From Octopus bimaculoides (lineage: Eukaryota), in assembly GCF_001194135.2 (NCBI RefSeq), contig NC_068982.1, positions 17,431,579 to 17,495,578 of the forward strand: a DNA stretch of 64,000 nucleotides, written 5' to 3'. Below the pieces are notes generated by a model that had not been told where the DNA came from, did not search any database, and worked only from the letters and a program-made list of their open reading frames with translations. Shown here one piece after another: positions 1-64,000 of the stretch. The position numbers and the translations under genes were made by a program. Positions within the stretch are counted from its first letter, which is position 1, and every line of letters starts with the position of its first letter.

Positions 1-297
1 CCTCGAAAACAAAAAAAAAAACAATAAAAAAACAAACAAAACCCAAACCCCTCCAAAAAACAAAAAACAAACAAACAAAGCTTTCTTAGACGTCAAGAAA
101 AAATGGTTTCTAAGAAGATACAACAAATAGAATGATTTTATTATGTAAAGTAAGCAGAGCAGTGGATTGGCAGTCGTTAAGCCATCGGACAAAGTGCCTT
201 GCAGTATTTAGTCTCGGTAGTCTGCGTTTTGAGTTCAATTCCCATTTAGGTCAGTTTTGATTTTCATCACTGCGGGGACGATGAAATGAATTACCAT

Positions 298-725
298 AGG
301 CGCAGTCGTGGCTGTGTGGTAAGAAGTTTGCTTCCCAACCACATGGTTCCGGGTTCATTCCCATTGCGTGGCACCTGGGGTAAATGTTTTCTACTCTTGC
401 CTCGGCCGACCAAATCCTTGAGTGGATTTGGTGGAAGGAAACTGAAAGAAGCCCGTCGTATGTATGTGCATATGTATTTAAGTATATATATGTATTTATA
501 TTTGTGTGTGCTTGTATCCATCTTTTTAGCCCCAACACTGCTTGACAACCAGAGTTGGTGTGTTTACGTCTCCGTAACTTAGCAGTTCGGCAAAAGAATC
601 TGATAGAATAAGTACCAGGCTTTTAAAAAAAAGTACTGGGATCGATTCATTCGACTAAAAATTGTTCAAGGTGATGCCCCAGTATGGCCACAGTCTAAAG
701 ACTGAAACAAGTAAGAGATAAAAGA
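298..725 (+). mobile_element. tRNA-derived SINE family S1 (CORE-like, microsatellite middle)
   Basis: Head GTGGCTGTGTGGTAAG...GGTTCA.TCCC (A/B-box-like), CCTTGGGCAAGT-type core and tail ...CAGCATGGCCGCAGTC..TGACTGAAACAAGTAAAAG, shared with many copies in the window. Confidence 0.85.
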
Positions 726-1039
726 AGCAAGAATGGAAAAAAAAATATTTCCATGGTAAATATCCTGTTAGCGAACGACTGATCAGACAATCGCTTAGTT
801 AACTGGTTGATCGATAGACTAATAAGAATAAGAATAAAGAAGTGAACTAGAACCCGTGCGTGTGTTTATTATTGGCAAAATGACCTTCTCGAGGCAAAAA
901 ACAAAATGCACTAATTTAAAAACCAGCAATGGTTCAAAGCTGCTGTTCCAATACAGTACTGCACATAACCTAAAAACAGATGTGCATCTTGTGGTGCCCT
1001 GAAAAAAAACTTATATGAATCTACTACTACTACTACTAC

Positions 1040-1740
1040 TATAGGCACAAGAAAGGCCTGAAATTTTGGGGGAGGGGGCAAATCGATTACATCGACCCCA
1101 GTCTTTCACTGGTACTTAATTTATCGATCCCGAAAAGATGAAAGGCAAAGTCGTTTTCGGCGGAATTTGAACTCAGAACGTAACGGCAGACGAAATACCG
1201 CTAAGCGTTTCACCCGGCGTGCTAACGATTCTACCAGCTCAACTACTACTACTACTACTCCTACTACTACTACTACTACTCCTCCTCCTCCTCCTCCTAC
1301 TACTACTACTACTCGTTTCTACTATAGGCATAAAGAAAGCCTGAAGTTTTGGGGGGAGGGGTAAGTCGATTACATCGATCCCAGTATTTTACTGGTACTT
1401 AACTTATCGACCCCGAAAGGTTGAAAGGCAAAGTCGACCTCGGCGGAATTTTGAACTCAGAACGTGCAGACGGACGAAATGCTGCTAAGCATTTTGTCCG
1501 GCGTGCTAACGACTCTGTCAGTCATTTCTACTATTGGCACGAGGCCTGAAATTTTCGGTGGGAGGGCAGTCGATTACATCGACCCCAGTCTTTGACTGGT
1601 ATTTAATTTTATCGATTCCCAAAGGATGACTGGGAAAGTTAATCCACGGCGGAATTTGAACTCAGGCCATAAAGAGCGAGAAGAATTGTAAGAATTATGT
1701 CCGAAGCGTAATCGATTCTGCTACTTCGCCGCCTTTGCTA
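1040..1740 (-). mobile_element. Cluster of three tandem tRNA-derived SINE S2 copies downstream of the stop codon
   Basis: Repeated GAAAGGCAAAGTCGACCTCGGCGGAATTTGAACTCAG (B-box on the minus strand), separated by (CTA)n tracts. Confidence 0.85.
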
Positions 1741-2696
1741 GACACAAATTCAGCAATTTTGGAGAGAGAAGGTTAATCGATACAATTGGTTCGCACTTGT
1801 TTCGTACTTTATTTTATCGACTCCGAAAGATTGTTTACGTCCCTGAACGGCTAAAGATGCTGATAGAATAAATACCAGGCTTCTTTTTTTTTAAAGGTAC
1901 TGGAGTCGATTCATACAACTAAAAATTCTTCAAGGTGATGCCCCAGCATGGCTGCAGTCTAAAGAGTGAAACAAGTAAAAGATAAACGGTAAAGAAAGTA
2001 AGAATGGAAAGAAAAAATCCCTCACTGGATTTGAACTCAGAATCGGGAATATTTTTGTGGCAGAGAAAAGGAAAACGCCCCTCTTCTAAAAAAGGAAAAC
2101 GCCCTCTTCCAGTTACGCCTAGGAGGTTCTATCAGAATATTAAATCGACTCCGATACTTGATTAAGACGTTGATCTCAGGCAGAATTGGAGCTTAGAAGC
2201 TAAAGGGCCGAGAATAAACAATTCTTTTCCGATACTCAATCGATTCTACTATAGATCGACCTCACTGCTTGTCTGGTATTTATTTTAACGATTCCGGAAG
2301 GGTTAATAGCTAAGACTACCTCAGCAGTATTCTCAGAACGTAAAAGGGAGGAAACTAAACACTGCAAATCATTTGTTCGACCACTTCACGTAACAGAAAG
2401 AAAAAAAACAACTATAAGCAGATCCATGCTTTCTTGTATACGAACGAGACCTCTTATATTTGTTGGGGAGGGAAATCTATCCTAGTACTTGACTGGTAAT
2501 TTATTTTATCGAACCCCCAGAAGGACGAAAGGCAAAGTTGACCTCGGTGGAATACTGAACTCAAAAGGTAAAAAAGGCGTGACTAAATACAACAAAGCTC
2601 TACTAATTCCACCAATCCAACAATGATGGTGATAATAATGATGACAATAAAAGTAATGTTAATAATTCACAGCGTTTCTTCTCTCTCTCTCTCTCT

Positions 2697-55087
<52,391 letters not shown>

Positions 55088-55653
55088 TGTTCAATAATAA
55101 GGGTAACGAAGTTGTCTATGTTGTTGATAATGCCCTCAAATGGTTATTCCGATGTGTAATTTCTATAAAAAAAAATACGACAAAAAGTAAAAGGGGAACA
55201 AAGATCTGTTTATCAACTATTGTCTTTCATGTTATTAGGCTGTCTGTTATCATAATTAAACAATTCAAAGAAAAATTCACAGTTGGTTTCGTTGTTTAAT
55301 GTATTATATCTTAATTAGTAAGTTTATAATCAATCCCAGTGTTCCGTGTTGTTTAAACCAACTGACAGTAATTATCAGTACCGTATGTATGGATATATAT
55401 GCTTATATAACACGCAAACACACACATAGACACGCAGCTCTCTCTTTATATATATATATGTGTGTGTGTGTGCGCGCGCGTGTGTGTGTGTGTGTGTGTA
55501 TGTTTCTATGTGTGTATGAGTGCTGATAACGTGTTTGCGAGGTGAGATTATTGTGATATTTTTACTCTGATATTTTGCTATATCGTGTAACGAATATGTT
55601 TGATATTTGCTCAAGTAAGTTTCTCTTCCTGTATATGTGTGTGTGTGTGTGTT

Positions 55654-55686
<33 letters not shown>

Positions 55687-57039
55687 GTGTTTGTGTGCGT
55701 GCGTGTGTGTGTGTGATCGTTAGTCTTTCACTGCTTTTCACGTAAACCATTGCCGGAAAATTCTTTATTTAGTACCATCGATGTTCTTTAACCTTAAACA
55801 AAAAAAAAAAGTGTGTATGTGTGATTTTGTAACTGGGTACATGTGTTAACGTGTGCGTGCATGTGTGTGTGTGTGTTTGTGTGTATGTGTCTGTGTCTGT
55901 GTGGATACATACATACATATATATTCATACATTCATACATACTCACACACATGCACACACACACATATTCAGACACTCGTACATGCTTACATATTTTCAC
56001 ACATACACACACACACATATACACATACACACAGACACACACACACACACACACACACAGATACACACACACAGATATACACACACACAGATACACACAC
56101 ACATACAGATACACACACACACACAGTCGCACTCACACTCACACACATATTATAACACCACAAACTATCAGTCTGTCTATCTGTCTATTAAACATGCTGG
56201 CATATTATTATCATAAATATATGATCACATATCATTCATTTATTTTCACCTGTGTAAAAGCAACAGCAAAACAAACGACTACAGCCATCAACATCATTCA
56301 CTACACCATACAAAAAGAAAAAAAATGCATTCAGATATAAAATTAAAATGTTCTGCGTTTAAAAAATTAATCAGTTGTCTTGAATTTCAATCATTACTTG
56401 TTGAAAAATATAGTTTATTGAGGAAGAATGGGCACTTTTCTCCATCCACTATGTGGTTCGATCCCGCTAATACGATTACCGCCACTATCAACTTTATATT
56501 GCGTTCTCCTGAGATGGAGGTGTGGGTCTATTACTAAAATCCAGCAAAAAATCGATGGTACTACTGATAAACTCCGCCCTTCAAAATTATTGGCCTTGTG
56601 CCTAAGTCATAAGCAAAAGCGAGTTGGCAGAATCGTGAAGCGTCAGAAACACTTCTTTGAGGAATTTTTTCCCCCGGATTTTTACGTTCTGAGTTCAAAT
56701 TCCGCCGAGGTCGATTTTGCCTTAGATTCTTTTGAGGGCCGATAAAAAATTAAGTAAGAGCCAAGTACTAGGATTGATGGCACCGACTAACACCTACTCT
56801 CTCAAATTTTCCGGTTTTGTTCCTATGTTATAAAAAAAAAAAAATTAAAAGAAATAATTATTTAATAGATTGGTCGAACGGTTACAGCACCGGACAAAAT
56901 ACCTCGCAGTTTGTGTTTCGAGTTGAAATACAATCAAGATGAACTTTGCTTCCGTATATCTTGAATCGGTAAATTAAAGTACTGGGGTGAAATTTAATCA
57001 ACTAAGTTCATTCACGTCAAATTTTTGATTTAATACCTA

Positions 57040-57085
57040 CATTAGAAATTATTATTATCATTTTTATTATTAGTATTATTATTAA

Positions 57086-57142
<57 letters not shown>

Positions 57143-57235
57143 ATTAGAAGCATTTATTATTTGTGTAATTATTATTAAATTAGAAGTATTTATTATTTGT
57201 GTAATTATTATTATAACTGTTATTATTATTATTAA

Positions 57236-57283
<48 letters not shown>

Positions 57284-57358
57284 TACTATTATTATTATTA
57301 AATTAGAAGCAGTTATCATTAGTGTTATTATTATTAATGTTATTATTATTATTATTAC

Positions 57359-57393
<35 letters not shown>

Positions 57394-57395
57394 GG
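57040..57395. repeat. Long interrupted (ATT)n microsatellite with internal duplications
   Basis: (ATT)n with repeated aaattagaag.a.ttattatttgtgtaatt units. It is one of dozens of (CA)n, (TA)n, (GA)n, (TATG)n, (TCTA)n and (AAT)n tracts in the window; most N-gaps are flanked by such tracts. Confidence 0.9.
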
Positions 57396-57617
57396 GGTTT
57401 TTCTCCTCAAATTTAAATGCATGAAAAAAACAAAAAACAAAAACAAAAGTTCACTGACTTGATAAGTACACCACTCTCTTCTCTAGCACTGTATGTACCC
57501 TTCTTCTCTCATTCTTGTCTACAGTCTTAGCTTCCTTTCTCATCTCCTGCCTTATTTTCCACACGATAACATATACATTATATATATATATATATATAAC
57601 TTATAAATAATGCTTAC

Positions 57618-57844
57618 GTAAACTCCTTGTTGTTGTTTTTTCTGTTTACTTTCTTCTTAGTCAAGCAACATTAAGTTCAGCTGTTGTGGATGTTCTTTTC
57701 GTTGTTATTGTTGATCTTGTCATCATTGTCATCCTCGTTACATCTTGATACTCCTCAGCAGATCAACATTTGTTTATAGTCAATAAAAATGTCTTGCTTC
57801 TCTTGCTCTGCGTTAATTAATAAAGCGATTTTAATGTTGCTTCT
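57618..57844 (-). other. Candidate non-coding first exon (5' UTR) spliced to acceptor at 55162
   Basis: Donor TAC|GTAAGC (intron from 57617) lies downstream of the candidate TSS, and there is a strong acceptor upstream of the ATG. No transcript evidence. Confidence 0.4.
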
Positions 57845-58080
57845 GAAGGGGACGGCACAGCCTGTTGGCTTTTTATAAACTTTGCCTGTTACCACGTGAC
57901 TGTAGTAGCGTAAGTTTGTTGGTCTAGTCTTGTCTGATCCAAGAGAGACATCGTTGTACCACCACTAGCCGACAAAGAGAGAAGAGAGAGAGAGGAAAAG
58001 AAAAAAACCCCCCAAAATAAAACAAAACAAAACAAAACAAAACAAAACAAAAACAAAACGAAAATCCCGCCCCAGCTGAC
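57844..58080 (-). promoter_or_regulatory. Candidate core promoter of the spondin gene (TATA box, Inr-like site, E-box, GC box)
   Basis: Minus-strand TATAAAAAG at 57877-57869; TCAGAA Inr-like site with A at 57844 (33 nt downstream); CACGTG at 57893-57898; CCCGCCCC at 58066-58073; CAGCTG at 58073-58078. These lie in a non-repetitive island 2.7 kb upstream of the ATG. Motif-only inference. Confidence 0.45.
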
Positions 58081-58193
58081 ATTCAAACTGAAAAACAAAC
58101 ATATTCCAATCTTCTCACATACACCCGCCTGCATAAGAATGCTAATCGAGAACAGACAACGCACCTGCTAGAATACATACATACATACATACA

Positions 58194-58245
<52 letters not shown>

Positions 58246-58280
58246 TACATACAAACACATACATATATATACATATCTAT

Positions 58281-58388
<108 letters not shown>

Positions 58389-59749
58389 ATTTATATATAT
58401 ATATAAGAAAAAAAGAAGCCCATCTGGTAAATACTTAAAGATAAGCATACTTTATGCATGCGTGTGTGTATACGAGTTTATGTATGTACGTACGTATGTA
58501 TGTATGTATGTATGTATGTATGTATGTATGTATGTATGTATGTATGTATGTGTGTGNNNNNNNNNNTGTATGTATGTATGTATGTGTGTGTGCGTGTGTG
58601 TGTGTGTATATATTATTTACATGTCACTGTAACCAGCCTTATATTTATTTATTCATCTCTCTCTATTTATTTATCTATCTATTTATCATATATTTATTTA
58701 CCTCTTCCCCTCTATCTACCTAGTTAGTTATTTAAACTCTCGCTTTTTCCTTTTTTTCTCCACCTCTTTCTGAAACACACACACACACACACACACACGT
58801 ATGCAGACTCAAAATTAAAACAGAAATGAACTAAAGGGAAGAACACAGTATGGTCAATAGCAGGAATTAGGAAAACAAAGACAAACGAAGTTTTACGACG
58901 TACTAAAGATAAATTCGTAGTTAATTTTAATTAACCTGACTTCGAGAGAAGGTTAACAAACATATGAACAGTAATTTCAACCGGCCGATAAATGAAAAAG
59001 AGAGAATTTAGTATTATCCGGAATTAACATGCAATTAAGGAAAAGACAATTCCTCTTTTTATGAAGACATAATGATAGTTGTGAACATGTGAACACGTTT
59101 CCATCTGAATAGGAGTCGTCAGCACAGCATTTGTTTTAGGTGACAGTAGCCAAACTTAAGACAAGTTTATATGTGTGTATATCTTTTGGAGAGTCTCTGT
59201 AAATCCGCACGTACATACTCCAAATTTATATACATTTATATACACACAGAGAAAGTTTCAAGAACGCGCGCGCACACACACACACTCACATACAAACGCA
59301 CACGTGTACACATACGCACACGCACACACGCTCTCTCTCACACACACACGCACACAGTTACACACACTCACACAGGTACACACACTCACACAGGTACACA
59401 CACTCACACACATCTTTTGATATTTTGTATTTTACTTGTTTTAGTCCTTAGACTGCGGCCATGATGGGGTACAGCCTGGAAGAATTTCAGTCGAACGAAT
59501 CGAGAGAGAGAAAGAAAGGGGAGGTAAAGAGTGGAAGAACGAGAGATAACAAGTACTAAAAGAGAGGGGTAAGGGCCACAGCAAAGAGTAAGAGGAGGAG
59601 AGAAGTTAATGACAGACACGAACACATACACACAGCAACATACAATTTCACACTCACATATGTGTATGTATGAAGAATACGTATGTGTGTGTGTGTGATA
59701 CAAGCACACATACACATATACACGTAGTACACGTATCCCTTTCTTCTTT

Positions 59750-60118
59750 CTTGGGACTCCGTCGGTCACGAGAAGGGTCCCAGTTGATCCGATCAACGGA
59801 ACAGCCGGCTCGTGAAATTAACGTGCAAGTGGCTGAGCACTCCACAGACACGTGTACCCTTAACGTAGTTTGCGAGGAGATTCAGCGTGACACAGAATAT
59901 GACAAAGCTGGCCCTTTGAAATACAGGTGCAACAGAAACTGGATGAAAAAGTGAGAGAAAGTTGTGGTGAAAGAGTACATCAGGGTTCGCCTACCGGAGC
60001 CTTGTGGAAATTTATGTGTTTTCACTCAATAAACACTCACAACGCCCGGTCGGGGAATCGAAATTGCGATCCTACGACCGCGAGTCCGTTGCCTTAACCA
60101 CTGGGCCATTGCGCTTCC
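59750..60118 (-). mobile_element. Full-length S3 SINE
   Basis: Reverse complement of the 62985-63370 copy. Confidence 0.85.
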
Positions 60119-60437
60119 ACACAGCTTGATTAAATTAAACACAAACTCGCTAAAGCCATAAATAAAGCAATCTTTGCTGATATCCTAATGTTTAAAAAAC
60201 AAAAACTGTCTTGGCAAAGCGTGCTTAAAGGGGTGGTGAATCAATGCGTGCGATCCTTTATACTTCACATTCACATTTTCTGGAAGCAATTACATTTGTA
60301 GATAAATGGGAGGTATGACGGAAAGGCTAGTTACAGGAGTGGGTGAGACGTATGTTAAGAAACTCAACTGATCCCGGTTGTTAACCGGCTTAGTGCTCTA
60401 GGGATTTTTTAATCACCCTGTACATGTATGTTTGGTT

Positions 60438-60838
60438 ATATTCTTTTCTACTCTAGACACAAGGCCCGAAATTTTTCGGGAGGGAGCCAGACGATTAGAT
60501 CGACTCCAGAGCGCTACTGGTACTTAATTTATTGACCCCGAAAGAATGAAAGGCAAAGTCGACCTCGGCGGAATTTGAACTCAGAACGTAGTGACGGGCG
60601 AAATATCGCTAAGCATTTCGTCCTGCGTACTAATGATTCTGTCTGCTTGCCGCCTTAATGCTTTTTGTAATAGAAATATCACTGTAATTCCGCCGAGGCC
60701 GACTTTGCTTTTCATCCTTTCGGGGTCGATAAATTAAGTACCAGTAGCGCTCTGGAGTCGATCTAATCGTCTGGCTTCCTCCCGAAAAATTTCGGGCCTT
60801 GTGTCTAGAGTAGAAAAGAATATTAATATCACTGTAAT
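60438..60838. repeat. S2 SINE with a 138-bp local inverted duplication
   Basis: Arms 60438-60575 and 60686-60823 with 5 mismatches; 14-bp direct repeat aatatcactgtaat at 60675 and 60825. Confidence 0.92.
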
Positions 60839-62220
60839 AACAACAAGGTGGTGAGCCAGTAGAATCGTTAGCACCCTGAGCAAAACGTTTAGCCGCATTT
60901 CGTCCGTCTTGACATTCTGAGTTCAAATTCCGCTGAGGTCGACTTTACCTTTCGGGATTGATGAAATAAGTAACAGTTGAGTACTGGGGTCGATGTAATC
61001 AGCTTACCCCATCCCACAAAACTGATGATCTGGTGTCACAATTTGAAACCGGTATTACAAAACGCATTTTATGCTCTTAGTTATGTTTTATTTAATTTGT
61101 ATTCTTTATTATATCCAATATAGTAACATCCGTGTATATTTATACATCATATGTATTTGTATGTATATTTTTCGCCAGTAATTTTTATTAGATAACTGTA
61201 TTTAATAGAATTATATTAGTTTTAATTTAAAAAAGTAACAAGTTAAATTATTATAGGTTGAAACATTAATAAATTTGAAAAATTCGTAATAAAAATTTTA
61301 TCATTTACAAAACGTAAAATTATTTTTTTCTAATTAAAAATTAATAAATGCTATAATGAAAATTTGTATTTCCTAGACACGCAAATTATTCTTTATATTA
61401 AAAAATTCGAAAAAGCATAAAAGAAAAATTTTGAGTTTTACAGAAGAGCAAAAATAATGTTTTCAAATCAAAAAGATTAAAATAAGATTATAGTTAAAAT
61501 TTTGTGCTTATAGAAATGAAAATGAATTTTTCTATTTAAAAATTAAAAAAAAAACAACTCATTATAATAAAAATTTTATCCAGAAAGGAAAGTTAAAATT
61601 TTTAATTAGAAAATATGGGCGGAATAAAAAAATTGCATGTTGGCCCTGTAACGACTATTAATGTTCGAAATCCAAAATGGCTGCAATAAAATCTTAGTCT
61701 TTTAAAGAAAGGAAAATTAATACTATAGAGTGGATGGGTGGGGGTGCTTATTTCTATGAACATAACTGACAATGTTATAGTCTTCTATCTTCTTTCCCTT
61801 CTGCTTTTCATCCCGAGTTACAAGGGTTAACACAGGAAAATTGCTATAAAATAAATTAGAATTAAATAGACATATAAATGATGGTTCAGTATAAATTTCA
61901 CAGCGGACAACATTTTATTAACTATTACTAAATCTACCTTGGGATCAGAACCAAACCGTCATTTTTGACAATTCAGCATCGTTTACTCGACCCTCCTTTA
62001 CTGTTTATATGAGGTTATAATGAACAAAACTGATAACTACGACTGTTCCCTGGCTCAAAACCTGTGTCTGTAGTAAAGCTTATTGTGATGTACGTGTGTG
62101 TGTGCGCGTATATATATATATATGAATCAAACAGTTTGATTCAAATTTTTTGGTACTTTAAGTTTCAAGCTTGATGCTAGTCTTTAGTGATCGCTTATAA
62201 GTTTTTAGCTTATAAAATCA

Positions 62221-62469
62221 GTGCTCAGCCACTTGTACGTTAATTTCACGAGCAGGCTGTTCCGTTGATCGGATCAACTGGAACCCTCGACGTCGTAAGC
62301 GACGGAGTGCCAACAACAACATTCCGCTCCTCATTCACAATAATTATTTATCATAAGGTTTCAGGGAACCTGTTTCATTTTACACCAGGTGAAGAAGCGA
62401 GCAGTCGCAGCAATGGTTAGATCTCTCAGAAAATTAACGTAAGGTAAATATATATACACACACGCCCAG

Positions 62470-62541
<72 letters not shown>

Positions 62542-63503
62542 TTTTCTATCTATCCAAATTTAGTGGGAAGTAAATATACTCATGTTTACTTTATATTCGT
62601 TTTGTCAGGATTAATTCTTTGTGTTTACTTTTATATCACATACATAACGGCACCACAAAGATATTTACATATTCGAAATGAATCCTTCACATTAATTTAT
62701 TAAGCAAGGTATAGGTCGTAACCGTAACTACTTTCAATTCAGCTTTGTCGCATACTCAGGAAATAAATAAAAACCCCGATTTGTCGTATTACAATATACC
62801 TTGTAAGGTTCATGCATGTTAGATAACAGAAATCCGTTCTAGACATCTTATGTTTTCTAACTGTAATATCTTTCTTTGTAAGACACTCCAAATGTATTTC
62901 CACAATCTTGGTAAGAAAGGAATGTTTCCAGTTGTATATAAAGGTGTACGCTTCAATATAATTACTTTATATTCCGCTCCTTGTGGAGGCGCAATGGCCC
63001 AGTGGTTAGGGCATTGGACCTCGCAGTCATAGGATCACGGTTTCGATTCCCAGACCAGGCGTTGTGAGTGTTTGTTGAGCAAAAACACCTAAAGCTCCAC
63101 GAGGATCCGGCAGGGGATGGTGGCGAACCCTGCTGTACTCTGCCACCGCAACTTTCTCTCACTCTTACTTCCTGTTTCTGTTGTGCCTGTAATTCAAAGG
63201 GTCAGCCTTGTCACACTCTGTGTCACGCTGAATATCCCCGAGAACTACGTTAAGGGAACACGTGTCAGTGGAGTGCTCAGCCACTTGCACGTTAATTTCA
63301 CGAGCAGGCTGTTCCGTTGATCGGATCAACTGGAACCCTCGACGTCGTAAGCGACGGAATGCCAACAACAACATTCCGCTCCTCATTCACAATAATTATT
63401 TATCATAAGGTTTCAGGGAACCTGTTTCATTTTACACCAGGTGAAGAAGCGAGCAGTCGCAGCAATGGTTAGATCTCTCAGAAAATTAACGTAAGGTAAA
63501 TAT
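62221..63503. repeat. ~230-bp direct repeat (62221-62452 / 63273-63503), period 1052
   Basis: S3 3' end plus ~130 bp of flank duplicated, with 2 differences seen. Confidence 0.9.
62985..63372 (+). mobile_element. Full-length S3 tRNA-derived SINE
   Basis: GGAGGCGCAATGGCCCAGTGGTTAGG (A-box) ... GGTTTCGATTCCC (B-box) ... (AAC)n tail. Confidence 0.9.
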
Positions 63504-63653
63504 ACGCATATTTTCTGGATATATTCCAGATTCTCCTTGTTTAGACATTGGCCATAATATGTGTGTGCGTGCACACGCACACACACACACACATACATAT
63601 ATATGTGCATACATACATGTATATGTATGTATGTATGTATGTATCTATCTATG

Positions 63654-63685
<32 letters not shown>

Positions 63686-63769
63686 TACATACATACACAC
63701 ACACACACACACATACATATATATGTGCATACATACATGTATATGTATGTATGTATGTANNNNNNNNNN

Positions 63770-63823
<54 letters not shown>

Positions 63824-63859
63824 CATACACACACACACACACACATATTTTTATATAAT

Positions 63860-63891
<32 letters not shown>

Positions 63892-63908
63892 GTGCATACA
63901 TACATGCA

Positions 63909-63961
<53 letters not shown>

Positions 63962-64000
63962 GTCTATCTATCTATCTATCTGTATGTGTGTTGTGTGCGT

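Noticed and set aside
1800-2696. Polyadenylation site of the gene
   Set aside because: The region downstream of the stop is SINE- and microsatellite-rich, and I could not single out a supported signal.

Overview
Eukaryotic, AT-rich, microsatellite-dense genomic DNA with many N-gaps. The SINE families and repeat density suggest a cephalopod (octopus-like) draft assembly; this is an inference. One protein-coding gene spans almost the whole window on the minus strand: a mindin/spondin-2-like (M-spondin-type) gene. It has four coding exons (55087-53851, 36098-35887, 21175-20635, 2974-2697), all with GT-AG boundaries and matching phases (1,0,1). Joined, they give 2268 nt = 755 aa: N-terminal extension + late hydrophobic segment + ~280-aa Thr/Lys-rich mucin-like stalk + Spondin_N + linker + one TSP1 repeat. 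A candidate TATA/Inr promoter and non-coding first exon lie at ~57.6-58.1 kb. The 15-18 kb introns are a transposon graveyard: several tRNA-derived SINE families, LINE fossils (I/Nimb-like, RTE, CR1, R4/Dong-like RLE), Penelope-like fossils, a hAT transposase fossil, Tigger-like and foldback MITEs, a HINE, and a Merlin-like MITE carrying telomeric repeats. The most interesting observations are the possibly membrane-tethered, stalked spondin architecture; a decayed minimal hammerhead ribozyme in the sense strand of intron 2; RLE retrotransposon copies that consistently abut (CATA)n or (AAT)n microsatellites; and TTAGGG-carrying MITEs. I see no clear-cut novel multi-gene system. All family assignments are motif recognition by eye, not database hits, and repeat coordinates are approximate unless stated.
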